Shown here: piece by piece, positions 26,311 to 41,179 of the stretch
Layout of the letters: every line of letters begins with the position of its first letter
Numbering within the stretch: the stretch's first letter is position 1
Assembly (NCBI RefSeq): GCF_006345805.1
Contig: NW_021833951.1
Span: 1-64,000 of the forward strand
From: Octopus sinensis
Lineage: Eukaryota
Direction of reading: 5' to 3'
Length of the DNA: 64,000 bases
Program-made: the position numbers and the translations under genes
Notes under the pieces: generated by a model
Told to the model about the DNA's origin: nothing
The model's input: the letters and a program-made list of their open reading frames with translations, nothing else
Databases searched by the model: none

Positions 26311-28117
26311 GGCCAAAGATCTATCAATGTTACACTGCTAGCTTGGGTATTAAGAGTTATCGAGTCTTCAAATGTATCTGAATTTGTAAACAAGTGGCAC
26401 ATACATTTATTATTTATCGAAAGAGAAAACGGGAGACAAGATTCTGCTGATTCTTAGCACTAAATTTCACTTTTAAAAGATTTGATCAATTCGAGGTTTA
26501 TGTAGAAAATATTTTCTCGTGGTTCTATTGCAACAGGAGGATCTAAGTCTGAACCCTGCGATTACGAAGCAAACTCCTTGAGCAGACGTCTATAATTTGC
26601 GTGCGCCCGCGTTTCTGTTTTCCGATGAACGCCATCTGACAGATCTGTCTTACGATTGTTATAACGTCCTATTTTTTAAAACTATCCTGCTAACGTTACA
26701 TGTTCGTAGCGGCTAATCTTTTATGTATTAAATGACCCACTTAAACGAACTTTCCTCAGATTTCTATCTACTCTGTGCAGATGTATCGATTAATCTTGCA
26801 TAATCCCGGGCTGTTCAGACAATAAAATATTAAAGAGTACATGACGTCACGCACATAGCCGTTAGACAGTAAACGGCGTTTATTTAGAACATGTCCTTAT
26901 TCTCATTGCATAAAGCGGTGAGGCGACAGGATCGTAAGCGCCTCAGACAAAATGCTTTGCCGTATTTCTTCTGTGTTCAAATTCTGCCAAGGTCGACTTT
27001 GCCTTTCATTCTTCTAGAGTCGATAAAATAAGCACCAGTTGAGCACTGGGGTCGATGTAATCGGCAGGCTCTCTCTCCCAAAATTTCAGGCTTTGTGCCT
27101 GTAATACAAAGAGTTATTTTACTGCATATCTTCAAGGAGGTAAACAATAAAACACCGGACAGAATACCTCGCGAAATTGAATTTAATTACGCTCTGAGTT
27201 CATATATGGCCGAGGTCGACTTTGCGTTTCATACTCCTCGGTCGAGAAGTCAAGTAGTGTAGGTCACTATAATGGACATACACTCTTCCCTTTACTCTTC
27301 TCTTATAATCCCTAAAGAAGTCGAGTCGTTAGCGTGTTGGATGATGCCTCAAGATATTTGTTGTAATCTTCTATGCTGAGTGCAAAGCTCACCGGAGCCA
27401 ACTTCATCTTTTATCCTTTGGGGGCTGATAACAAAATACCAGTTTAGAGCGGGTAATTAGCGGAACTATCTGGGGTCGGGCAAGATGCTTAGCGACATCT
27501 GTTGTGAAATTTTGTTTTCTGTAGCAATAACGGACGATAATGGAATCAGGCTCTTACAGCCCAACTCAACAACCTTTGATAAACATCAGTGGTGTGAAGA
27601 GAAGAGATTTTTATACATGTTTCGACGCAGGGGCACAGCTTTTCCTTTGCAACGAATATGTGTTCATAATGCTCGAAATATTGCACTAATGACTCGAATA
27701 TCTTATGAGCACACATTCGTCATAAAGAGGAAATTGTTCTCATATGACTGAATATAACAACGAATAACATTTTCACGTTCGAATCTGCCGGAAGATGTTA
27801 GTTTCATATTTTGGCACAAGGCCAGACGTTTTTGAGGATGGTGGGGGTAAGTCGACTACATCATCCTCAGTACTCAACGACTAAATGTTTTATCAACTCC
27901 GAAAGAGTGAAAGGCAAGGTCGACTCTGGCAGCATTTGAACTCAGAAAATAGAAAGTCCGAAGAAGTGCCGTTAAGTATTTAGTCTGATGCGGTAACGAT
28001 TCTGACAGCACGCCGCCTTAATCTGTCGGAAGGTATTAAGAATGTAAATATATATATCATAGCTTTGCTTCTTGCTGTTCACCGTGCATATTATAATTTA
28101 TTATTAAACGGTCTTTT

Positions 28118-29852
28118 AAGGCAGCGAGCTGGTAGAATCGTTAGCACGCCGGGCGAAATGCTTAGCAGTATTTCGTCTGCCGTTACGTTCTGAGTTCAAA
28201 TTCCGCCGAGGTCGACTTTGCCTTTCATCCTTTCGGGGTCGATTAAATAAGTACCAGGTTACGCACTGGGGTCGATGTAATCGACTTAATCCGTTTGTCT
28301 GTCCTTGTTTGTCCTCTCTGTGTTTAGCCCCTTGTGGGTAGTAAAGAAATAGGTATTTCGTCCGTCTTTATGTTCTGAGTTCAAATTCCGCCGAGGTCGA
28401 CTTTGCCTTTCATCCTTTCGGGGTCGATAAATTAAGTACCAGTTACGTACTGGGGTCGATCTAATCGACTAGCCCTCTCCCCAAAAATTTCCTCAAGAAC
28501 GACGTGAAGGGTACACATGTGTGTGGAATGCTCAGCCACTTGCACGTTATTTTTACGAGCAAGCTGTTCTGTTGATTGAATCAACTGGAACCCTCGTCGT
28601 CATAGGTATAATGCAAAAGTAACTTTAAATAATTCATTTTACTGTAGGCACGTGGCCTTAAATTTTCGGGGATGAGGCTAATGAAGGACATCGACCCCAG
28701 TACTTAACTGGTACTTATTTTATCGACTCCGAAAAGATAAAAGGAAAAGTCGACTTCGGTGGAATTTGAACTCAGAGCATAAAAATGGACGAAATGCCGT
28801 TAAGCAATGTGTCTGGTGTCCTAACGATTATGCTAACTCACCGCTTTAAAGACCCTTTAATAATTATTTCTACTCTAGGTACAAGGCCTTGAAAATTTGC
28901 GAAAGAAAGGGGCTAGTCGATTACATCGACCTCAGCGCGTAACTGGTACTTATTTCATCAACCCCCGAAAGGATAAAAAGAAAAGTCGACCTCGGGAGAA
29001 TTTGAACTCAGAATGTAGCAGCAGACGAAATACCTATTTCTTTACTACCCCCAAGGGGCTAAACACAGACAGGACAAACAAGGACAGACAAACGGATTAG
29101 TCGATTATATTGACCGCAGTGCGTAACTGGTACTTATTTAATCGACCCCGAAAGGATGAAAGGCAAAGTCGACCTCGGCGGAATTTGAACTCAGAACGTA
29201 GTGGCAGACGAAATACCACTAAGCATCTTGCTCGGCGTGCTAACGTTTCTTATTTCTTTATTGCACCACAAGGGGCTAAACATAGAGGGGACTAACAAGG
29301 ACAGACAAAGGTATTAAGTCGATTACATCGACCCCAGTGTGTAACTGGTACTTATTTAATCGACCCCGAAAGGATGAAAGGCAAAGTCGATCCCGGCGAA
29401 ATTTGAACTCAGAACGTTAACGACAGACGAAAACCTATTTCTTTACTACCCACAAGGGGGCTAAACACAGAGAGGACAAACAGGACAGACAAGGGATTAC
29501 GTCGATTACATCGACCCCAGTGCGTAAATGGGGTACTTATTTAATCGACCACGAAAGGATGTGGAAAGGCAAAGTCGACCTCGGCGGCATTTGGACTCAG
29601 AACGTAGCGGCAGACGAAATACCGCTAAGCATTTCGCCCGGCGTGCTAACGTTTCTTATTTCTTTATTGCACCACGAGGGGCTAAACATAGAGCGGACAA
29701 ACGAGGACAGACAAAGGGATTAAGTCGAATACATCGACCCCAGTGCGTAACTGGTACTTTATTTATCGACCTCGAAAGGATGAAAGGCAAAGTCGATCTC
29801 GGCGGAAGTTGAACTCAGAACATAGCGTAACGTTTCTGCCAACTCGCCGCCT
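28118..29852. mobile_element. SINE family A cluster (plus dimer, minus monomer, minus pentamer)
   Basis: Cores at 28118-28490 (+), 28630-28848 (-) and 28865-29852 (-, five units). Confidence 0.82.
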
Positions 29853-30334
29853 TCACAAATTGTATTAACATCGAATGAAAAGCATTAGTTACATCCGGGT
29901 GTGTAGCACCTGTCTGATTTCTTGACATTCGTGCTATTTGAACGACTATCTCTAAGTGAACGTGTTTTCTTACTGTGTTTACAATAGATATTTGTCAATG
30001 ATAAAAGTGACATAATCTATCAGATATTTGAACCTGGAACTTTTTTTAACCAATAATCAGAATAAAAGCATTGAATACAGTGCGTGAATCATGTTGAAAA
30101 TATTGTGTATGAACCGACCCCAGGTCATTGTGTAAAACAAGGCTTCAGACAAAAGCAAAACAACAACAAACAAAAAAATCATGACTCGGGATTTTTTTTT
30201 CTTGGAACAAAAGTTTAAAGAAAAAAAACCTTTAATGTTTCTTATACTAATGTTTTATTACCATTCTTTAAACAGTCTTGAAATATTTTCACACATCTAG
30301 CATTGTTCGTTTCTATTATATTACTGTGAATGCT

Positions 30335-30822
30335 GTGGAGGCGCGTGGCATAGTGGTTAGGGTGCCAGCACCATGATCATAAGATTGTGGTTTCGATTCC
30401 TGGACCGGGCGACGTGTTGTGTTCTTGAGCAAAACACTTCATTTCACGTTGCTCCAGTCCACTCAGCTGGCAAAAATGAGTAACGCTGCAATGGACTGGC
30501 ATCACGTCCAGCTGGGGAACACATACGCCATAGAAACTGGGAAACCGGGCCCATGAGCCTGGCTAGGCTTTAAAAGGGCACATTTATTTAAGGTGGTGAG
30601 CTGGCAGAAACATTAGCACGCCGGGCGAAATGCTTAGCGGTATTTCGTCTGTCGATACGTTCTGAGTTCAAATTCTGCCGAGGTCGACTTTGCCTTTCAT
30701 CCTTTCGGGGTCGATAAATAAAGTACCAGTTTCGCACTGGAGTCGATATAATTGACTTAATCCGTTTGTCTGTCCTTGTTTGTCCCCTCTATGTTTCGCC
30801 CCTTGTGGGCAGTAAAGAAATA
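30335..30822 (+). mobile_element. SINE family C followed by SINE family A
   Basis: GGAGGCGCGTGGCATAGTGGTTAGG head matching 57267-57519; family A unit from about 30590. Confidence 0.8.
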
Positions 30823-31075
30823 TATATTATTATGAAAGCCACAACACACCTTTAATGAGATAATATCGTGTCTTAAGTTCAATTCCTGGGGATCAACCTT
30901 TATATTATTAATAGTCTTCGGAAAGTTCTATGGCCCCTGAGTACAGAAGTTGATGCTACTAGGGACGTGATTGCTTTCGTTATTCAATTAGTTGGCGCCG
31001 TTTCATAAAGGGTGGAAGTATGAATTCATTGGGTATAATAAGTATCAAACACACACACACAAAAACACAAAAGCA

Positions 31076-31120
<45 letters not shown>

Positions 31121-31444
31121 ATAAGGGTAGAAATTGATGTTAATCAATTAAAACCAGTGACCTAGCATATTACTAAAAAATCCGAACATTAAAATTTTTT
31201 TTTACATAAAAGATTTAGAGGACTGACCACTAAATAAAAATGGACAGCCTATATGCTGTCAAATTGCCATTTTCTACTAAGAATGTGTTCTCAAGAAACT
31301 TTGTTTTTTTGCTGAATTTTTTTGGTTGAGAACACATTCTTCGTGGAAAATGGCGATTTTGACGTCTATATCTAGCATAGAGGCTGTCCATTTTTTTAGT
31401 GGTCAGTCCTCTAAATTTTGTATATATATAATATATATATATCA

Positions 31445-31742
31445 CCGTGACTGACTAGGCTATCAGATGTTGCTACACATCGCTGGTCACAATGCGCTTC
31501 GCATTGTTTTAGCCTTCAAATGACGTCACGCCGCTGGCTAAGCGAGCAGGCCAACAGTAGAAAGAGTGAGAGAAAGTTGCGGCGAAAGAGTACAGTAGGG
31601 ATCGTCACCAACCCCTGCCGGAGCCTCGTGAAGGTTTAGGTGTTTTCGCTCAATAAACACTCACAACGCCCGGTCTGGGAATCGAAACCGCGATCCTACA
31701 ACCGCGACTCCGCTGCCCTAACCACTAGGCCATTGCGCCTTC
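31445..31742 (-). mobile_element. SINE family D variant
   Basis: Same tRNA-like head as 17010-17388, but with a different tail that it shares with 34660-34890. Confidence 0.75.
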
Positions 31743-31803
31743 ACACACACACACACACTCTCTCTCACACGCACACATACACACACATATGTTTGTGCAT
31801 GTG

Positions 31804-31871
<68 letters not shown>

Positions 31872-33076
31872 ATACTCCTATAAAGTTAAAAATATAGATT
31901 CTCCGTCAGTTTCGACGATGAGTATTCGGGCTTAACACGCATGCGTGCATACACACATACAAACAATCAAACAAAGAGCTTTTCATGGAATTATTTATTG
32001 TTTTCTTTTTTTTGTCAGTGGCTTTTATATTCCGCAGACACATGAACTCTTTACATATTCCCAAGACAGAATCGGTATGACGATGCACGTGTGTGTGTTA
32101 GAATTTACAAAGTACATCCGATAGGTTTCCACTCATTTTCCGTCAATTCCACTCAGAAGGCATGGGTCGATTCGAGGTTATGATAAAAGGTACACTTACA
32201 CCGCGTGTAATCGAACCCGGGACCTAATGCTCGGGAAGCAGACCTCTTAACCACTCGACCACGTCTAGTATACAGTCATGAACACACACCAACTCGTTTA
32301 CAACAATAAACACATCTAACAAAACAATATAACTTGAACACAATAGACTTAAGATAAAGCAACAGGAGAAATATTCTCAGACATTTCCCACTCAGTGACT
32401 CGTTAATTAGACGGGTTTGTTTAAAACGGCTTCGACATGGGAACAATGTTTCATTCGCCAATGGGAACAATGGTGACAAGCTTAGTAAAAAAGGTTTGTT
32501 ATTTAGGAACAAGGCCTGAAATTTGGGAGAGTGGATCAGTCGATTATAACAGTCAAGTGCTTGACTCGTATTTTATTTTGTTTTGTTTTATCAAATCCGG
32601 CGGGGGTGGGGGATGAAAGGCAGAGTTGACATAGAAGGGATTTGAACTCGGAGTACAAAGAGCCGGAAGAAATACCGCAAAGCATTTTTGCCGACGCTCT
32701 AGCGATTTTGTCATTGCACTGCCCTAAAATTACTTGCTTCTCTGCAAATTCTTGACCTTCTCAAGAATTTCGAGGGTAGTGAGTTTATCGATTAAATCGA
32801 TATTTGATTGGTACTTTATTTTATCGACTCCGAAAGCATGAAAAACAAAGGTGACCTCGGCGAAATTTGAACTCAGAACGTAAAGAAACAGAAAAAATGT
32901 CAGTGTATTTTGTCCGACGCACAAATGAATCTGCTAGCCCTCAGTCTTAATAACACTTTCTAATCATAAGCACAAGTTCTGAAATTTGCGGGATGAGCAT
33001 ACTCGATTACATCGATCCCTGTTCACAACTGGTACCTATTTTATCGACCATGACACGATGAAAAGCAAAATCGACC

Positions 33077-34345
33077 TACGAAGGACGATCATTAAAGATT
33101 TTCCCTGACCGATTTCCCAGGGACTGGAATATACGAAACTTAGCATAATTATTAGTCCTTCTCTACATAGCCACCACTAATGGTGACACACTTCTCCCAT
33201 CGCTTTATGCAGCTGTTAAGACCTCGTCTGTAGAAGTCGGTAGGTTGCGTCTGCAGCCAAGATCTTATCTCCGAAATAAGCTCATCATCATCTGAAAAGT
33301 GCTTCCCCTTCAAAACGACTTCATGGTTGAAAAGAGGTGGAAGTCAGATGGTGTGAGATCGGGAGAGTAAGAGATATGAGAAAGGATTTCATAGCAGTAG
33401 GAGTGTGCTTTCATCTGGGCAATATGCGCATAGTGAACTGGGGCGTTGTCCTGGAGGAGGCGGACTCCTTTGGTCAGTATGCCACGCCTCTCTGCTTCGC
33501 AGCAAAGAAGCATAATATTAATTGTGGTGCCCTTTTCCAGAAAATCCATCTCACTATTCCGCGCTGGTCCCCAAGACTGTGAGCATCACTTTGTTTGCTG
33601 AAGTTTGGACATGAGCCTTCTTTGGAGGTGGTGAGTTATCATGCTTCCATTGCCTTGACTGAACTTTAGTCTCACGATCATAGTGATGGGCCCATGTTTC
33701 TTCCTGTGTGATAAGTCTGCTGAACATTCCTCGTTTTCTTGGCACATTGTCAAAAGAGCCTGGAAGCAACTGACTCCTTCCTACTTCTGAAGAGGTGTGA
33801 GCATCTGGGGAATCTATCCTGCAGACAACTTCCGCATGTGCAAATGGTTTTGAATGATTTTTTTTCCATGGACCCTACATTTATCTTCACTTCTTGGACT
33901 AATTGCCGAATAATTTATGCGGTGATGCTCCAGAATGACGGTTTTCACTTTATGGTTGGTGTCGTCATAAATGGCGGAATATGGTCGTCCAGGAATAGGA
34001 GCAGTTTCCACTGATGTTCGGTCACATTTGATCTGGCGATGCCAGTGCCTGATCACGTTGTATGATGGTGCATCGTCACCGTAAACTTCTTTCATCTCAT
34101 CGAAAGTCTCTTTTGGTGTACGACCTTTTAAGTATAAGAACCTGATCACTGATCTGCCCTCAACTGCCTCCATTATAACACCTTAGTCCACTTCAGCAGC
34201 CGTAAAAGACAAGCGAATACTTGTAGAAAGCTGCTATTTACAATGTGACATGTAGGCACATGTTTAATTGTACCTGTACAAGTTCCGTTCCCTGCAATAA
34301 CCAGAAGTGGGTCAGGGGAAATCTTTAATGATCACCGCTACGTTA
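33077..34345 (-). mobile_element. Near full-length decayed mariner transposon nested in a SINE A copy
   Basis: TIRs ...GATCATTAAAGATTTTCCCTGACC / GGTCAGGGGAAATCTTTAATGATC...; frameshifted transposase with RSVIRFLYLKG, ITQEETW, LLQDNAP and YSPDLTPSDFHLF; SINE A sequence resumes on both sides. Confidence 0.9.
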
Positions 34346-35457
34346 AGTATTTTTCCCGGAGAGCTAACGTTTCTGCCAGCTCGCCGCTTTGAAAGAAGGT
34401 TAAATTGAACTGATATTACGATAATCCTTTCTCCTTGGGTACCGGATTTTGGGGAGATTTAGGAACAACATATTGGCGCCCAAACATATTATCTACCTAC
34501 ACTACATAATGCAGCTTATACAGATAGGCTCTGGCATATCAGGGTGGATTAAAAACAGGGTTCAGTCCCGCTGCGCGGTACATTCGACAAGTTTTTTCAA
34601 CTCTAACCTCGAGCCGACCAATTGTGAGTGAATCTTGTAGGCGGAAACTGTATAAAGCCTGTGACTGACCAGGCTATCATATGTTGCTACACATCGCTGG
34701 TCACAATGCGCTTCAAATGACGCCATCCCGCTGGCCAAGCGAGAAGGCCAACAGAAGAAAGAGTGAGAGAAAGTTGTGACGAAAGAGTACAGCAGGGATC
34801 ACCCCCCCCCCCCTTGCCGGAGCCTCGTGGAGCTTCAGGTGTTTTCGCTCAATAAACACTCACAACGCCCGATCTGGGAATCGAAACCTCCATATATATA
34901 TATATATATATATAATGGTGTGTGTGTGTGAAATTGTGTAGAAACTTGTCGCATACACACGCACACGCACACGCACACAGACACAGAAACACACACACAA
35001 CCACACACAGCCACACACCTACCTATGTGTATGTGTGTGCGCGTGTTAATGTCTGGTGACAGCGCGTGTCATGGTGGTCGAGACTAGAGAGGGAAGTGCT
35101 GTCTGATAGCAAATCTATTGAAAGGTGGGTGAATGTTGGGAAAATGGCTAGCATCTACGGACCAATTCTGAGGCTACACATGTAAAAAGAAAGGGTAAAT
35201 ATAAAAGGAGAAAGGGGCCCTCTACCCCTTTTTGACCAGGCTCCCGTGGCTTTTATGGGTTTTTCCACGAGCAACCTTTCGAAGCGCCTCCCCCTATCGG
35301 GAGTTTTACTTGTTATATATATAATTTCGTTGGTATTTAAATGTTTACACGGACCTTTCTATCGGACAAAACCCTTTGTAATTTTCGTCCTGTCTTTGTC
35401 CTTACATGTTTTCTTGATTTTTGTTAGCCCTTGTGGCCAATAAACCAGAATTAATTT

Positions 35458-35522
<65 letters not shown>

Positions 35523-35784
35523 CAGTAAGAATGCTAAATGCAGATGCGGAAAAGTCGGAACACTGAAGCTTATTTTTTTCCAACTGTTCACTAGCATTGA
35601 ATAGATATACATGGAGGAACATCTGTTCCTAAAGGTCCTCTTCACAAGTCCTGGGGTCGATTTTCTCGACAAAAGGCGGCGCTCCATCATGGCCGCAGTC
35701 AAAATGACTGAAACAAGTAAAAGAGTAAAAGAGTATACACACACACCTATAGATATAAATAGATGGTTAGATATAGATATATAA

Positions 35785-36160
35785 ATACATACTCTTTACT
35801 CTCTTTTACTCTTTTACTTGTTTCAGTCATTTGCATTTGACTGCGGCCATGCTGGAGCACCGCCTTTAATCGAGCAACTCGAACCCGGGACTTATTCTTT
35901 TGTAAGCCCAGTACTTATTCTATCGGTCTCTTTTGCCGAACCGCTAGTAACGGAGACATAAACACACCAGCATCGTTGTCAAGCAATGCTAGGGGGACAA
36001 AAACAGACACGCAAACCACACCACGCATATATATATATATATATACATATATACGACGGGCTTCTTTCAGTTTCCATCTACCAAATCCACTCACAAGGCT
36101 TTGGTCGGCCCGAGGCTATAGTAGAAGACACTTGCCCAAGGTGCCACGCAGTGGGATTGC
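35785..36160 (-). mobile_element. SINE family B
   Basis: Reverse complement of the family B body and tail. Confidence 0.78.
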
Positions 36161-36214
36161 TTATACATATACCTTAATATGTGCGTGCGAGCATATATAT
36201 ATATATACGTATGT

Positions 36215-37152
36215 ATGTATACGTAGATAATACGGATACAGACCCGCAACAAGACCTGTCCGAACACGGATACGATATTAATATTGACACAAGCACCCAT
36301 TCGTAGACATGCATATACGTTCTCTCTTACACATACACAGTCTCACCCTCATACACATATACTGGGTCAATATGTACAAAGGCACACATATGCATACACA
36401 GATACTTACATCTATAGATACTTACATACATACGCTAATTCATACATACATACGTACCTACATGCAGAAAGTGGTTACTGTTTCACAAGTGTATATATGC
36501 TTGTAAACACACTTTATTAAACTCGGGCAGAGTAGGAGAAAGGGAGGGAAAGAAACAGAGAATGAGAGAGAGAGAGAGAGAAAGAAAGTGAGAGAGGGAG
36601 AGAGGGAGAGAGAGAGAGAGGTGAGAGAGAGAGAGAAAGGGAGAAATCGATAAGTTTTATAAGTGATGTCAGTGGACGAGCCACGTCTCGTGGATCAGGG
36701 CGGCGGTCAGTTTTGTTTGGACTTCGATTTTGCCCGGGTAACGACTGATGGAGGCGGTGATGGTACTTGTAATGGTGGTGGTGGTGGTGGTGGTGGTGGT
36801 GGTTTCGTGTTGTTGTCTGCGGTTGCGGTGGTGAGGGTGGTGGTGATGGTGGCGGCAGTGATAATAGTGGTGATGGTGGTGATTGTACCGGGGACGGTAG
36901 CGGTGACGGTGGCGGTGGTTGTAGTGGTAGCGGTAGTGGTGGTAATGGTAATAGTGCTGTTGTTGAAGTTGTTTGTTGTAGTGGTAGTTGGTGTTGTCGT
37001 CGGTGGTGATGGTGGTGGTGGTAGTTGTAGTAGTAGTAGTAGTGCTTGTGGCAGTGGTGGTGGTGGTAGTAGTAGTAGTGCTTGTGGCAGTGGTGTTAGT
37101 GGTGGTGGTGGTAGTAGTAGTAGTAGTGCTTGTGGCAGTTGTGTTAGTGGTG

Positions 37153-37187
<35 letters not shown>

Positions 37188-37247
37188 GCTTGTGGCAGTG
37201 GTGTTGGTGGTGGTGGTAGTAGTAGTAGTAGCAGCAGCAGCAGTAGC

Positions 37248-37281
<34 letters not shown>

Positions 37282-37515
37282 CTTGTGGCAGTGGTGTTGG
37301 TGGTGGAGGTGGTAGTAGTAGTAGTAGGGCTTGTAGTAGTTGTAGATGTAGTTGTCGTTGGTGTTGGTGGTGTCATTGGCCATCAGGGCCATTTGAGAAA
37401 CCAGCGTTAAACTCCCCCATCCCCGCAAACAAACCGAGGCCCTGGGCCCTTATAGTATTCATTCACTGACAGCAAGCCACAGCATACATAGTCCAGAATC
37501 GGGTCCCTAGACCCA
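36215..37515 (+). repeat. Composite dispersed repeat, inverted paralogue of 57195-61210
   Basis: Unique-looking blocks (ACGGATACAGACCCGCAACAAGACC; GGTCAGTTTTGTTTGGACTTCGAT; CTGACAGCAAGCCA...AGTCCAGAATCGGGTCCCTAG) recur as reverse complements in mirrored order; internal (GA)n and (GGT/AGT)n tracts. Confidence 0.75.
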
Positions 37516-37814
37516 AGAGGCCCGCGGGAAAACGATCCAGGATGCACATATTTTAAGATGGCACTGACGGTGATGGTAGTGATGGTGATGGTAGTGGTAG
37601 TGTAGTGATGGACCTGTTTGGGTTGCAGTGGTGGTGATGAATGAATTTTGTGATGGCGAGGGCGAGACGATCATATGTAGCAAAGGTGATGAAACAGGGC
37701 CTTCGATATATAGCTGTAGTCATGGTTTCCCGAAACAAATCTACGGAAGAAAGAAAGGAAACTGCGTCCCCTTTTTCTCAGTCAGCCAGAGATGCACTCA
37801 GTTGTTTGTTGTGG

Positions 37815-37863
37815 CTGATGATGATGGTGGTGATGATGATGATGATGATGATGACGATGAAGA

Positions 37864-37897
<34 letters not shown>

Positions 37898-38002
37898 GGT
37901 GGTGGTGATGGTGATGATGATGATGATGATGATGATGGGGATGATAATGATGATGATATTGATGATGATGGTAATGATGACAAAGACGACGACGACGATG
38001 AG

Positions 38003-38033
<31 letters not shown>

Positions 38034-38220
38034 ATGATGATGGCGATAAGGATGATGATGGTAATGATGACAAAGACGACGACGACGACGACGATGATGA
38101 TGATGATGATGATGTTGATGATGATGATGATGATTATGATGATGATGATGATGATGATATCGACGACGATGACAACGACGCTGATGAAGATGATGACGAC
38201 GGCGACGACGACAATGATAA
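37815..38220. repeat. (GAT)n/(GAC)n trinucleotide tract
   Basis: Directly visible. Confidence 0.9.
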
Positions 38221-38429
38221 TCTTGTTATTCAGAATCATCAGAGCAATTGACAAAATGCCTAGCGATATTTCTCCTGACGGATTAAGTTCCGAGTTCAAA
38301 TTTCACTCAGGTCAGCTTTATTTTTCCTTCCTCTCGGGTTTGATCAATTAAAGATAAATCAAAATACCAATCGATGTAATCCACTTGCCCTTCCCTTCAA
38401 AACATCTGGCTTGTGCAGAAATTTAAGAC

Positions 38430-38497
<68 letters not shown>

Positions 38498-38724
38498 TAT
38501 CATTATTATTATTATCATTATTAATCTAGCGAGGTCGACTTTGCCATGCATCCTTTCGGGATCGATGAGAAAAGTACCAGTTGCGTACTGAGGCCGATCT
38601 AATCGACTGGCCCCCTCCCCTCAAAATGTCAGGTTTTGTGCCTTTAATAGAAAGGATTATTATTATTAGTAGTAGTAGTAGCAGTAGTAGTGGGTGAAGT
38701 AGTAGCAGCAGCAGCAGTAGTAGC

Positions 38725-38773
<49 letters not shown>

Positions 38774-38809
38774 CGCACAGAATAAAAGTTTTCCATGTTT
38801 ATATTTAGA

Positions 38810-38849
<40 letters not shown>

Positions 38850-39255
38850 TAGTACGTCAGCAAAAACAGTTTGAACTATTGTCAGAGTTATTAATTACTC
38901 ATATCTCTATTTTTCTCAGTCAGTGTGTCTGTGTGTGTATATACATATATGTATATGTATACACACACACACATACAGAGAAGCTCACACCAATACATAC
39001 ACACACACTCATGCACACACACATACACGCACGTACGCACACACATATTTATATACGTGTGCACCCGCACATCCACATATACATCTATATCACACTATAC
39101 TACGCATACATATAATATATATATACATACGTATGCTTATATATATATATATATATAATATATATATTATATAATATAATATATATATATATAAGTAAGT
39201 TTTGGATTTATCCCTAATATTTTATTTTATACATATATATATATATATATCGAAT

Positions 39256-39287
<32 letters not shown>

Positions 39288-40389
39288 AATGGAACAAAAA
39301 CGCAATGGAGGGCATTAAAACGTTCGTACAGATAGACGTCACAAAGGCGGACAAGATGTGTGTATATATTCATGCATGTTATAATATATATGTGGTGTGT
39401 GTCTGCACTTATATAAATATATTATGTGTGTCTCTACTGACGCATAGCTAAATTAGTAATATTGGTCAAGCTAAAAATAACATCGTTTCCATCATATTTG
39501 ACATTTTATTGGATCCAAGACAAAACAAGTCGAGAATATTATACCGGAAGTGGCAAACTTCATATTACCAGACCAATGTAATGGAAGAGGCGCTAATGTT
39601 AGGATCAAAACAATGTATTTTAAAGGGAAATAACTATGAAAAGGACCGTTAACTGTACATCGTTGGGTAGTGTTTGCCTCTTTTGTTTTTTGTGTGTTTT
39701 ATTTTTTATCTCTAGTTTCTTTTATGGCGACTTTTGACTTGGTTTCATCCGACATTGGTTGAATAAAATGCGTCTGAGATTTTCAGCGGGGTCAAGGTCA
39801 TTGTCTGTGATTTCTTTTTCACAAAGGGACATTTTCGTCGTGGCACAATTGGATGAATACTGTGATGCGATGAGCTCTCATATGATTTTGTGGTGCATAT
39901 AAGCACTCTTGCTTATATCGCTAGCGGGAGACAATCACTGCCGTTGCCGTCGCCGTCGCCAGGACTACCAGATCACGAGATTCCGGCCTTCCTTGATCTT
40001 GTCAATGGTAGACGCCTAACCGCTGGAATAGCGGTGACCGTTGTGCTAGAGATATGCATAGAATCACAAAGTGCCTAACTAGGCACTGGTGTCGCGTATG
40101 TTGTTGTTGTTTGTTCCTTCTCGAGCCATGCCTGGTTCATAAGGGCCGGTTTGCCGGTTTCATTGAGGTTTTGTCTTGGTATAAAAGATGGGCTACATCA
40201 AATATTCTGCTCAATACCACAGATTTGCTTGTCAGTTATTTGACCTTAACCAGTTGAGCATGTCCGTTAGTGGCTGACGATATGTGCATCTCTGATCACG
40301 AATAATGGGAGAGCATCATAGCCATGTATTACAATGACCCCAGTACTCAAATGGCACTTAATTTATCAAATAATAATGAGAATGATAAA

Positions 40390-40935
40390 TGCCCTGATGC
40401 AGTGGCTCTCATGGTTTCTCATCTTAACTGATTGGAAGTGTTATCAAGTACATTGTTTTGTCTTGGTATAAAAGATGGGCTACAGCAAATATTCTGCTCA
40501 ATACCATAGATGTTCATGTCAGTTGTTTGACCTTAACCTGTTGACCATGTCCCTTAGTGGCTGACGATATGTGCATCTCTGATCACGAGCAGAAGTAGTG
40601 GGGGAGCATCATAGCCATGTGTTGAGAGGAATTCTTTGGGGTTTGGATAATTCACCATCGGAAATATGGGTGTTTTGTTCATCATCCTTAAACAAAACTT
40701 ATTCAGGGACCTTTTGAGCGGGATGAGTTACTCGACCAGAAGAACATTCTAACCGGGCCCCACCTGCAAGGTCATGTGCTGTTTATCTTGATATGAGATC
40801 ACCATGTCGCGCACATATGGTTGTGATGCATGTGCCTGGTGTACCCTTATCAGACGGGTAGTGATGATGGGTATGTTGGGTTTCATATACTTGTACCCCT
40901 GTGTCACTTTGATGGCATGCATTGTTCTCTCACTC
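40390..40935 (+). mobile_element. (TAA)n-associated element family E (plus partial copy 40168-40330)
   Basis: Same termini TGCCCTGATGCAG / CTCTCACTC-AATAAT. Confidence 0.8.
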
Positions 40936-41094
40936 AATAATAAAAATAATCCTTTCTCCTAGAGGCACAAGGCCTGAAATTTGGGGGAGGGAGTGTTTCA
41001 CTGGTACTTAATTTATCGACCCCGAACGTAGCGACAAGCAAAATACCGCTAAGCATCTCACCCGGTTTGCTAACGATTCTGCCAGCTCACCGCC

Positions 41095-41147
<53 letters not shown>

Positions 41148-41179
41148 TATAATAATAATAATAATAATAATAATGATAA

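Noticed and set aside
27485-27751. 88-aa ORF with an acceptor-like site at about 27524
   Set aside because: No recognisable motif, no partner exons found, and the ORF start lies in decayed SINE-like sequence.
36669-37469. Thr/His-rich mucin-like ORF (235 aa, minus) and Gly/Ser/Val-rich ORF (268 aa, plus)
   Set aside because: Open in several frames because it is a (GGT/AGT)n tract inside a duplicated repeat block whose paralogue does not conserve the peptide.
37628-38351. Poly-Asp (aspein-like) and poly-Met ORFs
   Set aside because: Pure (GAT)n microsatellite; no signal peptide or supporting exon structure.
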